Origin: Mycobacterium leprae TN
Lineage (GTDB): Bacteria; Actinomycetota; Actinomycetes; Mycobacteriales; Mycobacteriaceae
DNA: 32,000 nucleotides
NCBI RefSeq assembly: GCF_000195855.1
Contig: NC_002677.1
Coordinates: forward strand, 1,200,001-1,232,000
Direction of reading: 5' to 3'
Shown: positions 12,120 through 21,786 of the stretch, piece after piece
How the letters are laid out: the number at the start of each line of letters is the position of its first letter
Position numbering within the stretch: position 1 is the stretch's first letter
The notes under the pieces: model-generated
What the model was told of the DNA's origin: nothing
What the model saw: only the letters and a program-made list of their open reading frames with translations
Database searches by the model: none
Made by a program: the position numbers and the translations under genes

Positions 12120-12990
12120 AGCGTTTGGGTCGTGAGATTTAAACCGTAGCGGTGATTACTGGCGTGGTGGGTGCAACCGTTTAAGTGTAGCGGCAGCTCC
12201 GACGCATGAATGTGTTGCGCTACGTCCTCGGGCTTACCCTCAATGATCATACGGATGATGATCACAGCCGAGTTTTTCGAGCTTGCGCCGCTGGTCCTGA
12301 TCGCTGATGTACTGACCGGCGAGTTGGTGCGATGGTGATAGCCGTCATACTTGACAACCACCTTGTACTTCTACAAGACCATGTCGACAACGACAATCAG
12401 TCGCCAGTTTGGCTGCACAGGTATTTGCGTGGTGGGAATGGGCAGATAGGCGTCGATCAGCAGTAAGCGCAGCTACATCTCCTTGGGCGACGCGGCGCCC
12501 GGATCGGTCAGTGGCACCGTCGCGTGTAACCTACGCAGGCGCTCGCGCACCCGGGTATCGCTTGGCTAGCAGCACGTCCTAGCTCGAATACGGCGTTGCC
12601 TGCATCAGTGTGTCGAGCCGCGTAACCGCCTTGCCGGTGGGCAATTGTACGGCTAAGTCAAACGCCGTTTTTGCGCAAGTGGTCACCAGCAGACCGACGA
12701 TACGGGTAATCTCGTCCGACTTGACTCGCTGATTACGGGTGATCACGCCGATCGGGGGATGTGGTTACGCCAGATCAATTCGATGGACTCATCGTCGTCA
12801 TTACAATCCGAACCGTGCAGCGCCGCCGCGGCAAGACCGGCCAGGACGTCGCGTCGACCAGAACCACAACCACGCCCCAACCGAACACGTTCGCAGCGAT
12901 GACGAGGTGCAATCCTGCAGATAAATATCGGGGTAGATCGCACGTAACCCGGTTACATAACTGATACGTGCCTAGTCTACCCGGCCACAC
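12120..12990 (-). pseudogene. Relic of an AbiEi-like / DUF559 (Vsr-like endonuclease fold) mycobacterial protein
   Basis: Reverse-strand fragments: LAGLAAAALHGSDCNDDDESIELIWRNH; SDEITRIV...CAKTAFDLA; RLDTLMQAT; LLAKRYPGAR; TDPGAASPKE*-LRLLLIDAYLPIPTTQIPVQPNWRLI; KVVVKYDGYHHRTN; QYISDQDQRRKLEKLG; IEGKPEDVAQHI. Confidence 0.7.
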
Positions 12991-14184
12991 GGCCTAACGG
13001 CCCACAAAACGTTGTCCACAAAGGAAATGAAGTCACGACGGATCTGCAAGATTGTTGAATTGTACTTTGTGTGCATGTTCTGTTGTGGGGGTGGAGTAAA
13101 GGGTGGCGGTGTGTTGCAGTGTTGTGAGTTGATGTGATCGATCGTTAACCGTTCGTTTGGGTTGGGTGGGGGTGGGGATCGTGCGTGAGATCACCAGCAA
13201 GGGTGGGGCCCGCGTGTTTGCGGGTTGCTTTGGGGGTTGCACTGATTCGACACCAACTATGCTGGCTAAGACGCTCAATCGGGTTACTGAGCTTGTATTG
13301 CTTAGCTATGCAGTGAGCAGTGGGCCCAGTGGCTTTAAAGGCCGGCAAGGTGAGCGTTGTGGGCAGCTGCGTACGGAGATAGACATGTGTGCTGGCCAAG
13401 AAGTACAGTCCCGAACAAATTGTGGGGGTGTTGGCCCAAAACCTATCCCGACCGGCCCGAAAGATGCAGGTGTCCTATAAAACACTTCAACATCGAGTCC
13501 AAGCTCAACCAACATGTGCGCACTGGGTGGATGTTCCGCACGCTGAGGGCACAGCACGCTAAAACCGGGCACCACCATTATTCTCTAGGTATGGCCACCA
13601 CCAGTGCACGTCCCGCGAAAACTACACGACCGTGTGGTGCTCTAACCTCATAGCATTGGGCGGATGATGTAATCATCGGCAAAAATTAGACCCCCAAATC
13701 GGCGCCCTGGCCGAACACAAGTAGCGGATTCGTGCAGCTGCTACACCTATCCAAGGACCACAGCACTGATGTGATCACTGCGGCCATGATCAACCACAAG
13801 ACAACGCCCTACCACAGAATCGCTGTACAACCCCAGCGTGAGACCAAGACCTCGAAACGACTCTCATACCCGCATCACCACGGCATCGATACCGACCTTT
13901 GCGACCTGACGCACCGACCCGCCAATACACTGACCCACCACCCTTTACTCCACCCCCACAACGAGTCCGCGCTAACATTAACCTCAACACAACCGCCAGT
14001 AGTCACCACCCAGCGAGCCCGGTAATCGAGCAAGTAGCCGACACCGATGCGGCCAAGGTGTGCGTGCGGCTGCCCGATAATCGGACGCCTGGACGTTGCA
14101 GTGCAGTAGCTAGCAGGGGCGCTATTGGTGTCGATGTTATGTGCGGGTGGTGGGCACAACGAGGAGTTCGAGCCCGTTGCAAGT

Positions 14185-15448
14185 GAGTGATTTTTAGTGC
14201 TAAAGCTACTTGCACTCCGTCTCGGGGTTGTTCGGCAGCCTTGCCGGCTGCGTCTCTTCCGTGCTGCTTGGCCACTCACAGCATCAGGCCCGGTCTTACC
14301 GGTCGGCTCCACGCTTGACTACGGTCCAAACTGAGCGGACAGAGCTAGCTGTTTCCTCGTAGCGTGCGATGTTCACGGGGGTGTTGTTATCGCGTTGGTG
14401 CGTGACTTAACCGCCGTCGCATTGCCATTTTTCGTTCCAGTTGATGTCCTGCACATGCCCGCAGCCATGGCAGGTTTTCGACGACGGGAACCTTCGGTCG
14501 GTGATTATCAGTGCTGACCTGTAACCAGCACGTCTTATAGACGAGAGGCCGTAGCGGTGTGCCTAAGGCTGCTTCCGATAGGCCTCGTCTACGTGCGCGG
14601 GCGTCCTGGCAATCCCTTCTACCGTGGCATTCTTGCCGCATCTAGGCTTTCGACAACGAATCCGGACGCGACTGGGGGACCGCAGCTCATTGAGTGGCGG
14701 TGAATTCGGCACTTGCTCGAGTATTGTGCCGTCCTAGTTGGTTACCGTGGCTAGGTGCCGTCCCGATATCATATCAATGTCAACCCGTTAACCTGAGTGC
14801 GCCATCTTCAGTTGCTGCAGGCGCTGCGCGAGGACCTGCACACTCGCGTCCACCCTGATGCCATTACGGCGCACCGTGATCGCCAGCACCTGAGCCCGGT
14901 CTTTCGTAGTGAACCGTTTAACTCGGTGCGTGTTCTAGTGCGTACGGACGGTTCTGATGACTGGAAGTGCGAGGTGGCGGTGCCCAGGTTTGACGCGCAT
15001 CGCTTAAGTCGTGACTGATACGCGGTCATGGTTACGTCCCTGTCTTCTTGAACCGGGGGAAGCCCGATCATTTTGCTGTCACGTTTGCCGGATCGGAAGT
15101 TTTGCCAGTTTCAGTACGCGTCGACCGTGCCGTCGATGCTGTCCGGTGTAGATCTCTTCGGAACACTCGCTCCACCATGCCGTGCCGGTATCGATGTTGA
15201 CGTGCACCTCGTTCTTGAAGGTGTTGCAACGCTTCCGCAGTATCCGAAGTGTCGATGTCGCGGTCTCTACCGTGGTGGCGCCACGCCTCGATGTCGACTT
15301 TTAGGGCCGTGACGGTCCAGGTGTATGCCTTACACCGGTCACCGAAATGTCTTGCCAGCATAAGCGATTGATCGTCGGTCGGGTCCAGGGTGAATCGCCA
15401 AGCTTGCAGCACCGTCCAGTCCTCAGGAATCTCGAACTCTGCCATCAT
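14185..15448 (-). pseudogene. tnpB: TnpB (IS605 OrfB-type, RuvC-like RNA-guided nuclease family) pseudogene
   Basis: MMAEFEIPEDWTVLQAWRFTLDPTDDQSLMLARHFGDRCKAYTWTVTALKVDIEAWRHHG; LRKRCNTFKNEVHVNIDTGTAWWSECSEEIYT; VRTHENTHRVKRFTTKDRAQVLAITVRRNGIRVDASVQVLAQR; VDIDMISGRHLATVT; VVESLDAARMPR; KTCHGCGHVQDINWNEKWQCD zinc ribbon (14412-14478); KAAEQPRDGVQVALALK tail. The left end is approximate. Confidence 0.9.
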
Positions 15449-16030
15449 GTTACCTTGCGTTCTCCGGCGTCAGCCGCCGCAGCGATGGCCCGCTTAGCGT
15501 GGTTCTGGACAGTTCGATTGTCATACAACCGAACACACATACTGGTTCAGTATCTCGGTCATGTCCTGCGCCCGATCGTCGTCAACTTCGGACTAATCCA
15601 CCACAACAAGACTAGTGGTCCTGCGTTGCCAGCGCTGCTTGGACGTAGTCCGATCTGAACCGGCAGAACCGGTCCCGATGCTCCACACGATCCAGCCCAC
15701 CGTCGGATCATGCAGCAGCGCAAGAAACTTGCGCCGGTGACTGTTCAGCGTGGATCAGAACTCGGTAACGACCTTATCGACCGGGCTCTGCCGGACCGTG
15801 GTCTACGCGGTCACCTGGGCGACCTGCCGACCCAGATCAGCTTTATGATCCGCTGAAGACACCCGCGCATACACCCAGCGACCACACACGCCACCTTTGC
15901 CAGTCGGCTCATCGACAAGAATTAGCAGGCCCACTCGCTGCGCTGGTACCGGCAACAGCCTGGCTCGAAGCCAACAATACGCAGTTCCGCGCAACACCGC
16001 TGTGCATCAAGCCCGCGCTGCGAGATTCAT
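15445..16030 (-). pseudogene. tnpA: IS607-family TnpA serine recombinase pseudogene
   Basis: From ATG at 16030: MNLAARA*CTAVLRGTAYCWLRARLLPVPAQRVGLLILVD..., VYARVSSADHKADLGRQVAQVTA*, then LNSHRRKFLALLHDPTVGWIV(fs)VEHRDRFCRF, ...EVDDDRAQDMTEIL...MCVRLYDNRTVQNHAKRAIAAAADAGERKVT*. At least two in-frame stops and several frameshifts. Confidence 0.9.
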
Positions 16031-16309
16031 ACCCCTGTTCCTACAACACACCACTGACAACTAACGGCTACTCAGACCGCAACAGCTGACAACTCCGTGG
16101 TCTCGGTTGGCCGTTGTGGATTGGGTCCCTTACCGGGCCTGACAGCACCGCACAGGCCGCGTCGACACGGGTTAGCATAAAAGTTAAAGCCGTGTGTCAC
16201 TAAACTGGTCATCAATGAGCCTGTGCAACATGCCGCACGGGCCATGCAGTCCCACACACTCCACAGTATCATTTTAGTACAGTAGTCTGTCACATGCAAA
16301 GCTTTCGGC

Positions 16310-17065
16310 ATGGTCCTTGCTACAGTTCGCCTCATACTTGAGGGAAACATCGCCGTCGGCGACTATCGCCAGGTAGGCTTTGCCGAGTTCGGTGTTCCAC
16401 AGGGGCGTGGTCTTCTAGTTGCACGACATTCCGGATGCTTGTCGGCAGATTTCCAGCCGAGGCACGGGGTTTACGCGGAAGGTCACAATATCCGTCTGAT
16501 CGATGTTAACCGGCTTGGGATTGGCGCGTCGACACGCGTATCAATACCCAGCCAGCGATAGTTGCGTTCGTCGACGACCGGCCCAAACGGGATCAGTGCC
16601 GATGTGGTTTGCTTGTCGCGCCGCTGCTGAAAATGGAAGGTAGTTCGCTGCGGGTGTGCGCTAGTTTGCTGGTCCGGGCGGCTCGGTCGGTAACTTTCCC
16701 ACGCTCGACTCGTATGTTCTGCTCTAGCTGCAAGCAGATTGGCATATGCTGGCTCGTCCTGAGTTCAAGGTGATGTTTCTCTACAATTTGCTGACCGGGA
16801 GCTACAAGCGGTTAGTCATGTCGTTCGTTTACGTCATCGCGTTTGCCCGCCATTGAGATTCGGGTTGAATTAGGTGAAAGTTCTGTTCCGCTGGTGGAAC
16901 GGTGACCACGACCACGTCATTCCGTTTTCCCATGGGGAGCACGTCGTTTCTCGGTTGTCCGATGCCAAGCAAGTTTCACTTGCCGGGAGAAAGTCAGCTT
17001 GCTTGGCTTGGCCGAGGCGAGGAAATTCTGTGCACCTTGATGGCGATTTAGGACCGCTATTAGCG
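16310..17065 (+). pseudogene. Alpha/beta-hydrolase pseudogene (Rv1191/Rv1192-like)
   Basis: EGNIAVGDYRQVGFAEFGVPQGRG...YAEGHNIRLIDVNRLGIGAST; EFKVMFLYNLLTGSYKRLVMSF; VRWWNGDHDHVIPFSHGEHVVSRLSDAK...GLGRGEEILCTLMAI, in different frames. Confidence 0.75.
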
Positions 17066-17108
17066 AGCGTGACTCGGTCTTGCAACTACCCCGGGTAACC
17101 TTGCTCAC

Positions 17109-18539
17109 GTGTTGTTGGCATCACTGAATCCGTCCGTCGTTACCGCCACCGATATCGCTGACGCGGTATGTGTTGACGGCGTCGTGCTGAGCCGCAGCGG
17201 CTTGGTTGGTGCCGCAACGTCGGTGGCTGAGCGTGTCGGAGGTGCACGCCTGGTAGCGGTGCTGGCCACGCCGACGGCATCGACTGTGCTAGCGATTACT
17301 GGTTGCCTGATTGCCGGTGTGCCGGTGGTCCCGGTGCCCGCGGATATCGGTGTGGTCGAACGCCGGCATATGCTCACCGATTCTGGGGCGCAGGCCTGGC
17401 TGGGTCCGGGGCCCAGTGCGGACTCGGCGCCGGACGGGTTGCCGCATATCCCGGTTCAACTAGATGCTCGCTCCTGGAACCGCTATCCTGAGCCGTCACC
17501 TGATGCCACCGCGATGGTGATCTACACCTCGGGTACTACTGGGCCCCCTAAGGGGGTACTGTTGAGCCGGCGAGCGATCGCCGTTGATTTGGACGCGCTT
17601 GCCCAGGCCTGGCAGTGGACGGCCGATGACGTTTTGGTACATGGATTGCCGCTGTTTCACGTGCACGGCCTTGTACTCGGTTTGCTTGGATCGCTTCGGA
17701 TTGGAAATCGCTTTGTACACACCGGAAAACCCACTCCGACCGCCTATGCTCAGGCTTGCTCTGAAGCCGGGGGATCTCTGTATTTCGGCGTTCCCACGGT
17801 ATGGTCGCGGCTGGTGGCAGACGAGGCAGTTGCCCGGGCGTTAAGACCCGCGCGGCTACTAGTGTCTGGGAGTGCCTCATTGCCGGTTCCGGTATTTGAT
17901 CGGCTAGCGCACCTCACAGGTCATCGGCCCATCGAACGGTATGGCAGCACGGAATCACTGATCACCCTGTCGACGTTGGCGGACGGTGAGCGCCGTGCGG
18001 GCTGGGTGGGATTGCCGCTGGCGGGCGTGCAGACCAGGCTGGTCGATGAGTCCGGAGGTCCAGTGCCCTACGACGGGGAAACCGTTGGGAGGCTTCAGGT
18101 TCGTAGTCCGACGATGTTCGGCGGCTATCTAAATCGACCGGAAGCGACAGCCGAGGCGTTCGACGAGGACGGTTGGTACCGTACAGGTGATGTTGCGGTC
18201 GTGGACAGTGGCGGGATGCATCGCATCGTGGGTCGCGAGTCGGTTGACCTAATCAAATTGGGCGGATACCGGATCGGCGCAGGAGAAATCGAGATGGCGC
18301 TGCTAGGACATCCGGATGTGCGGGAGGTGGCAGTTGTCGGGCTGCCTGACGAGGATTTGGGTCAACGGATCGTTGCATTCGTCGTAGGCGCAGAGGCATT
18401 AGATGCCGATGAGTTGATTAACTATGTTGCCCAACAGCTTTCGATACATAAGCGGCCGCGTGAAGTCCGCTTCGTGGACGCGCTGCCGCGCAACGCGATG
18501 GGAAAGGTCCTCAAAAAGCAGTTGCTCTTCGAGGGCTGA
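17109..18539 (+). CDS. fadD36: Acyl-CoA synthetase (AMP-binding)
   Basis: 476 aa; AMP-binding motif MVIYTSGTTGPPKGVLLSRRAI; GRESVDLIKLGGYRIGAGEIEMALLGHPDVREVAVVG; PRNAMGKVLKK. Confidence 0.94.
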   Translation: MLLASLNPSVVTATDIADAVCVDGVVLSRSGLVGAATSVAERVGGARLVAVLATPTASTVLAITGCLIAGVPVVPVPADIGVVERRHMLTDSGAQAWLGPGPSADSAPDGLPHIPVQLDARSWNRYPEPSPDATAMVIYTSGTTGPPKGVLLSRRAIAVDLDALAQAWQWTADDVLVHGLPLFHVHGLVLGLLGSLRIGNRFVHTGKPTPTAYAQACSEAGGSLYFGVPTVWSRLVADEAVARALRPARLLVSGSASLPVPVFDRLAHLTGHRPIERYGSTESLITLSTLADGERRAGWVGLPLAGVQTRLVDESGGPVPYDGETVGRLQVRSPTMFGGYLNRPEATAEAFDEDGWYRTGDVAVVDSGGMHRIVGRESVDLIKLGGYRIGAGEIEMALLGHPDVREVAVVGLPDEDLGQRIVAFVVGAEALDADELINYVAQQLSIHKRPREVRFVDALPRNAMGKVLKKQLLFEG

Positions 18540-18561
18540 CTGGCGCTACGACGAGTAGTGA

Positions 18562-19827
18562 TTATGCGGGCACGCCATCGTTGCGACCGGCACGGGGGCC
18601 GGATGTGTTGGTTTGGTCGCCGCGCCACTGTAGAGCTTCAAGAGCCACGGCAATGTGGACGCTAGTGTGGTCGAGGGGTCGCGGTAGGAGTTTTTCAGCG
18701 GACTCAATCCTGCGTAGCAAGGTGTTGCGGTGAGTAAACAAACGTTTCGCCGCACGGGAGGCGTTGCACTGTTCATTGATGAATGTCAATAACGTTTGCT
18801 GCAATGCCGGACTGGCTGATTCGAAATCTCCGAGCGTACTGGTGATAAATTCTTTTGCATCTTCTGGATTTTGGGTGATCAACGAGACCAGTTGCACATC
18901 AGCAAAGAACGCGACCTGTTGGTGAGATTTCAGCCGGGCTAAGGTGCGTTGTGCGGTGAGAGCTTCCAAGTGGCTGCGCCGGAAACCTTCGATTCCAGCT
19001 GAGCTAGTCCCGATGGCAACACGCGCCTTAGATAGGTTGAGCAGCGCCTTTTGTACCTCAGGGACATCTAGGGCGAGTGCGTCGGCCAACCATACCCAGC
19101 GGGTGGCGGCGCTTGCTACCACGATCAATTGCTGGGTTGACTCGACGACGTGGCTAAATGCTTCAGCGGCCTGGTCGAGGTAGCCATGGTCGCCATCAAG
19201 GTCGTCGCTCCAGATCACGGCGGCGGTATGTGTTAGGCCGAGACGATAGCCCAAGCGCGCTTCGGCACGCTCCTGGGTGACTGGTGCGCCCTCGAGAATC
19301 AGATCGACAACTTCCAGTCGTTCGGCGTGTGTGCTGCGGGTCAGTTCGTCGCGTTCCAGTTGCATGTGCGTGGCGATGGCCTCTAGCGTGGCCGCTACGT
19401 ACTCGTTGATCGATTGCGCGGATACGTTAAGTATTTCGCGCAGTTCTTGGGGGTCGGAGGTGAGTGTGAACGCGATCTCCATCCACCGTCGCCAGGCTGT
19501 GTACTGCCCGACTCTATAAATGTCGAGCGCAAGAACGTCACGCCCGCGCCGCACCAGATCCCGCGCCATGGTTAGGGGCTCAGGGCCGAGATGAGCCGGT
19601 ACCGGGGCGCCAGGGTCACGTAAATTGGCGGTAGCCCAGTGCACCAGATGGGCACGGCTGGCGCGCCGAACGACCTTGGCCAGGACCGGGTCATTGGCGA
19701 TGGCGGGGTTGGCTGCGAAGGTAGCGCGATCAAGTTGGTCGATCCACTCCTGGGTAGGGTTGAGCGCAATCCGTGCCCCTTCACGGATCAGTTCACGCAC
19801 TCGTGGCGACGGGTGTTGCCTAGCCAT
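18562..19827 (-). CDS. PucR/CdaR-family transcriptional regulator (Rv1194c-like)
   Basis: ORF 18562..20178; likely start MARQHPSPRVRELIREG at 19827. C-terminal helix-turn-helix LLTFINEQCNASRAAKRLFTHRNTLLRRIESAEKLL is typical of PucR_2. Confidence 0.85.
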   Translation of the reverse strand: MARQHPSPRVRELIREGARIALNPTQEWIDQLDRATFAANPAIANDPVLAKVVRRASRAHLVHWATANLRDPGAPVPAHLGPEPLTMARDLVRRGRDVLALDIYRVGQYTAWRRWMEIAFTLTSDPQELREILNVSAQSINEYVAATLEAIATHMQLERDELTRSTHAERLEVVDLILEGAPVTQERAEARLGYRLGLTHTAAVIWSDDLDGDHGYLDQAAEAFSHVVESTQQLIVVASAATRWVWLADALALDVPEVQKALLNLSKARVAIGTSSAGIEGFRRSHLEALTAQRTLARLKSHQQVAFFADVQLVSLITQNPEDAKEFITSTLGDFESASPALQQTLLTFINEQCNASRAAKRLFTHRNTLLRRIESAEKLLPRPLDHTSVHIAVALEALQWRGDQTNTSGPRAGRNDGVPA

Positions 19828-20373
19828 GGGCTCACTGTAGGGCCGATGTATGCAGATTGACACCTTGGGTCGAGCCAAATGGGAACATTTCACCCCTGAG
19901 CCGTCGCAGCGTAACTGTCGTGTCCGGCGTAAATTCTTTGTGCCATCAATGGCGTCGATGTCGACGGTGGATAGCGGGAGCAAGTGGTCCGGAACACCAG
20001 CAATTGTGTTGAGTTTAAGCCAAGTACCACTAGGTGAACACGGGCTAGACGGATGGCTAATTCTGGGTTCTGTCTGCGGAGTGTGAGTCCGACTGATTGC
20101 CGGTCTAGTGTGCATTCTGCACCTTCGTATGGGCAAAATTGGGAAGATTGTACCACCGTCCGGGTCGATGGGGTGCACTTTGCACCTTAAACTGCGGCAA
20201 CTCGGGTGGTTTTAACCTGTTATAAACTCTTAACCTGTTGTAAACGTTGCATAACGGAGATCATTAAGGCCAGTTCGTACCACCAAGCAGTCGGAAGGGA
20301 GGCGCAGGTGAGCAGGTCGCTTGAGCTTTCCCCGTGCAGTAGTCGGATTGTTTGAGTTTCGAGGAGGAACCGC

Positions 20374-20673
20374 ATGCCCCTTTTCTTGAATGCAGAGCCA
20401 CAGGCCCTGACCGCGGCAGCTAACACCTTGGAGGGCCTCAGTGCTGCCACAGTGGCAAGCAACGCCGCGGCGGCCCAGCTGACCACTGAAATTGCTCCCC
20501 CAGCTGCCGATGATGTGTCAATCTTGCTAGCACATTTTTTCAGTGGCCATGGGAGACAGTACCAGGCGCACGCCTCTCAGGGCGCGACCAATCATCAGGA
20601 TCTAATCCAGAGCTTGTTGACGAGCTCGTCAGCATATGCGGGTACCGAGACTGCCAATCACGATAGTTTATAG
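20374..20673 (+). CDS. PE family protein (short, PE13-like)
   Basis: 99 aa: MPLFLNAEPQALTAAANTLEGLSAATVASNAAAAQLTTEIAPPAADDVS...SSSAYAGTETANHDSL; C-terminal YxxxE (YAGTE). Confidence 0.88.
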   Translation: MPLFLNAEPQALTAAANTLEGLSAATVASNAAAAQLTTEIAPPAADDVSILLAHFFSGHGRQYQAHASQGATNHQDLIQSLLTSSSAYAGTETANHDSL

Positions 20674-20729
20674 CGGACGTCGCTAGCTGCACACGAGTGG
20701 CTACCAATGAGTAATAAGGGAGCGACGAG

Positions 20730-21344
20730 ATGTTCGATTTCGCAGCGCTGTCGCCCGAGACCAACTCCACCCGGATGTATCTCGGCCCGGGCTCCAGCCC
20801 GATATTGACCGCTGCCGCAGCATGGGTTGTTCTGGCTAAGGAGCTGACTGCTGCAGCGCAGGGGTTGCAGTCAGCGGTCGAAGCATTACTAACAACATTT
20901 GAAGGTGAGTCAGCAGCGGCGCTGGCAGAGCGGGTCACGCCGTATGAGAAGTGGCTTACCCAGAACGCCGCAAGCGCCGAGCTGACCGCAACCCAGCTCA
21001 CGGTAGCAGCGAACGCCTACGAAACAGCTTTTACAATGACGGTGCCGCCCCTGATGGTGTTCGTGAACCGCGCGCAAGCATGCCTGCTGATTATGAGCAA
21101 CATTTTCGGGCAAAACTCCACCGCGATCGCGGAGAAGGAGGCCGAATACACCGAGATGTGGATCCAAGACGCGGCAGCAATGACCAGCTATCAAGCTAGT
21201 GTGCTGGAGGCAGTGGGGGCGACGAAAGCGAATCGGCGCCGCTGCTGGGGGGCGGGCTACCGATGGCACCTATGGTCCCTGGCGGAGGCAGCGGTACTGG
21301 CGGCGTCAACACTGCACTACGCCTGCAACCAAGAGCTTTCGTGA
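20730..21344 (+). CDS. PPE family protein, truncated/frameshifted version (204-aa ORF)
   Basis: MFDFAALSPETNSTRMYLGPGSSPILTAAAAW...NRAQACLLIMSNIFGQNSTAIAEKEAEYTEMWIQDAAAMTSYQASVLEA; after about residue 165 the frame departs from PPE-like sequence. Confidence 0.8.
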   Translation: MFDFAALSPETNSTRMYLGPGSSPILTAAAAWVVLAKELTAAAQGLQSAVEALLTTFEGESAAALAERVTPYEKWLTQNAASAELTATQLTVAANAYETAFTMTVPPLMVFVNRAQACLLIMSNIFGQNSTAIAEKEAEYTEMWIQDAAAMTSYQASVLEAVGATKANRRRCWGAGYRWHLWSLAEAAVLAASTLHYACNQELS

Positions 21345-21432
21345 TGCCCCGCAACCCCGCAGCGGGATAAAAGCTGCGAGGTTGACGTTTCATCCACAAC
21401 GCAACGAAATCAATGGAAGGAAATTATAAAGG

Positions 21433-21735
21433 ATGACAGCTGCACATTTTATGACCGACCCACAGGCGATGCGGGACATGGCGCGCAAATTTGACATGCA
21501 CGCCCAGAACGTGCGAGACGAGTCCCACAAGATGTTCATGTCCTCGATGGACATCGCTGGTGCGGGCTGGAGTGGGACCGCCCAGTTGACCTCCCACGAC
21601 ACCATGGGGCAGATAAATCAGGCGTTTCGCCACATAGTGACCCTGCTGCAGGACGTGCGTGACCAGCTGGGTACCGCCGCCGATCGCTACGAGCACCAAG
21701 AAGAGAACTCGAGGAAAATCCTTTCTGGCAGCTAG
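21433..21735 (+). CDS. esxK: ESAT-6-like WXG100 protein (EsxK/Rv1197 ortholog)
   Basis: MTAAHFMTDPQAMRDMARKFDMHAQNVRDESHKMFMSSMDIAGAGWSGTAQLTSHDTMGQINQAFRHIVTLLQDVRDQLGTAADRYEHQEENSRKILSGS; WSG motif; YEHQE. Confidence 0.93.
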   Translation: MTAAHFMTDPQAMRDMARKFDMHAQNVRDESHKMFMSSMDIAGAGWSGTAQLTSHDTMGQINQAFRHIVTLLQDVRDQLGTAADRYEHQEENSRKILSGS

Positions 21736-21786
21736 TTGCGAAAATCGCTGCTAATCAATACTTTCAGTGCAGGAGGAGACAAAGTA

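Larger units (their letters stand above)
14185..16030 (-). mobile_element. Degenerate IS607-family element carrying tnpA and tnpB relics
   Basis: Serine-recombinase relic immediately upstream of a TnpB/OrfB relic, same strand, overlapping stop/start at 15445-15448. Element ends not defined. Confidence 0.87.

Noticed and set aside
14797-15312. Plus-strand ORFs (73 and 79 aa) in the IS607 region
   Set aside because: They are antisense to recognisable TnpB sequence (for example TVRTHENTHRVKRF... and AWWSECSEEIY).
18562-20178. Full 538-aa version of the PucR-like ORF
   Set aside because: Residues before MARQHPSPRV do not resemble the family; 19827 is the more plausible start.
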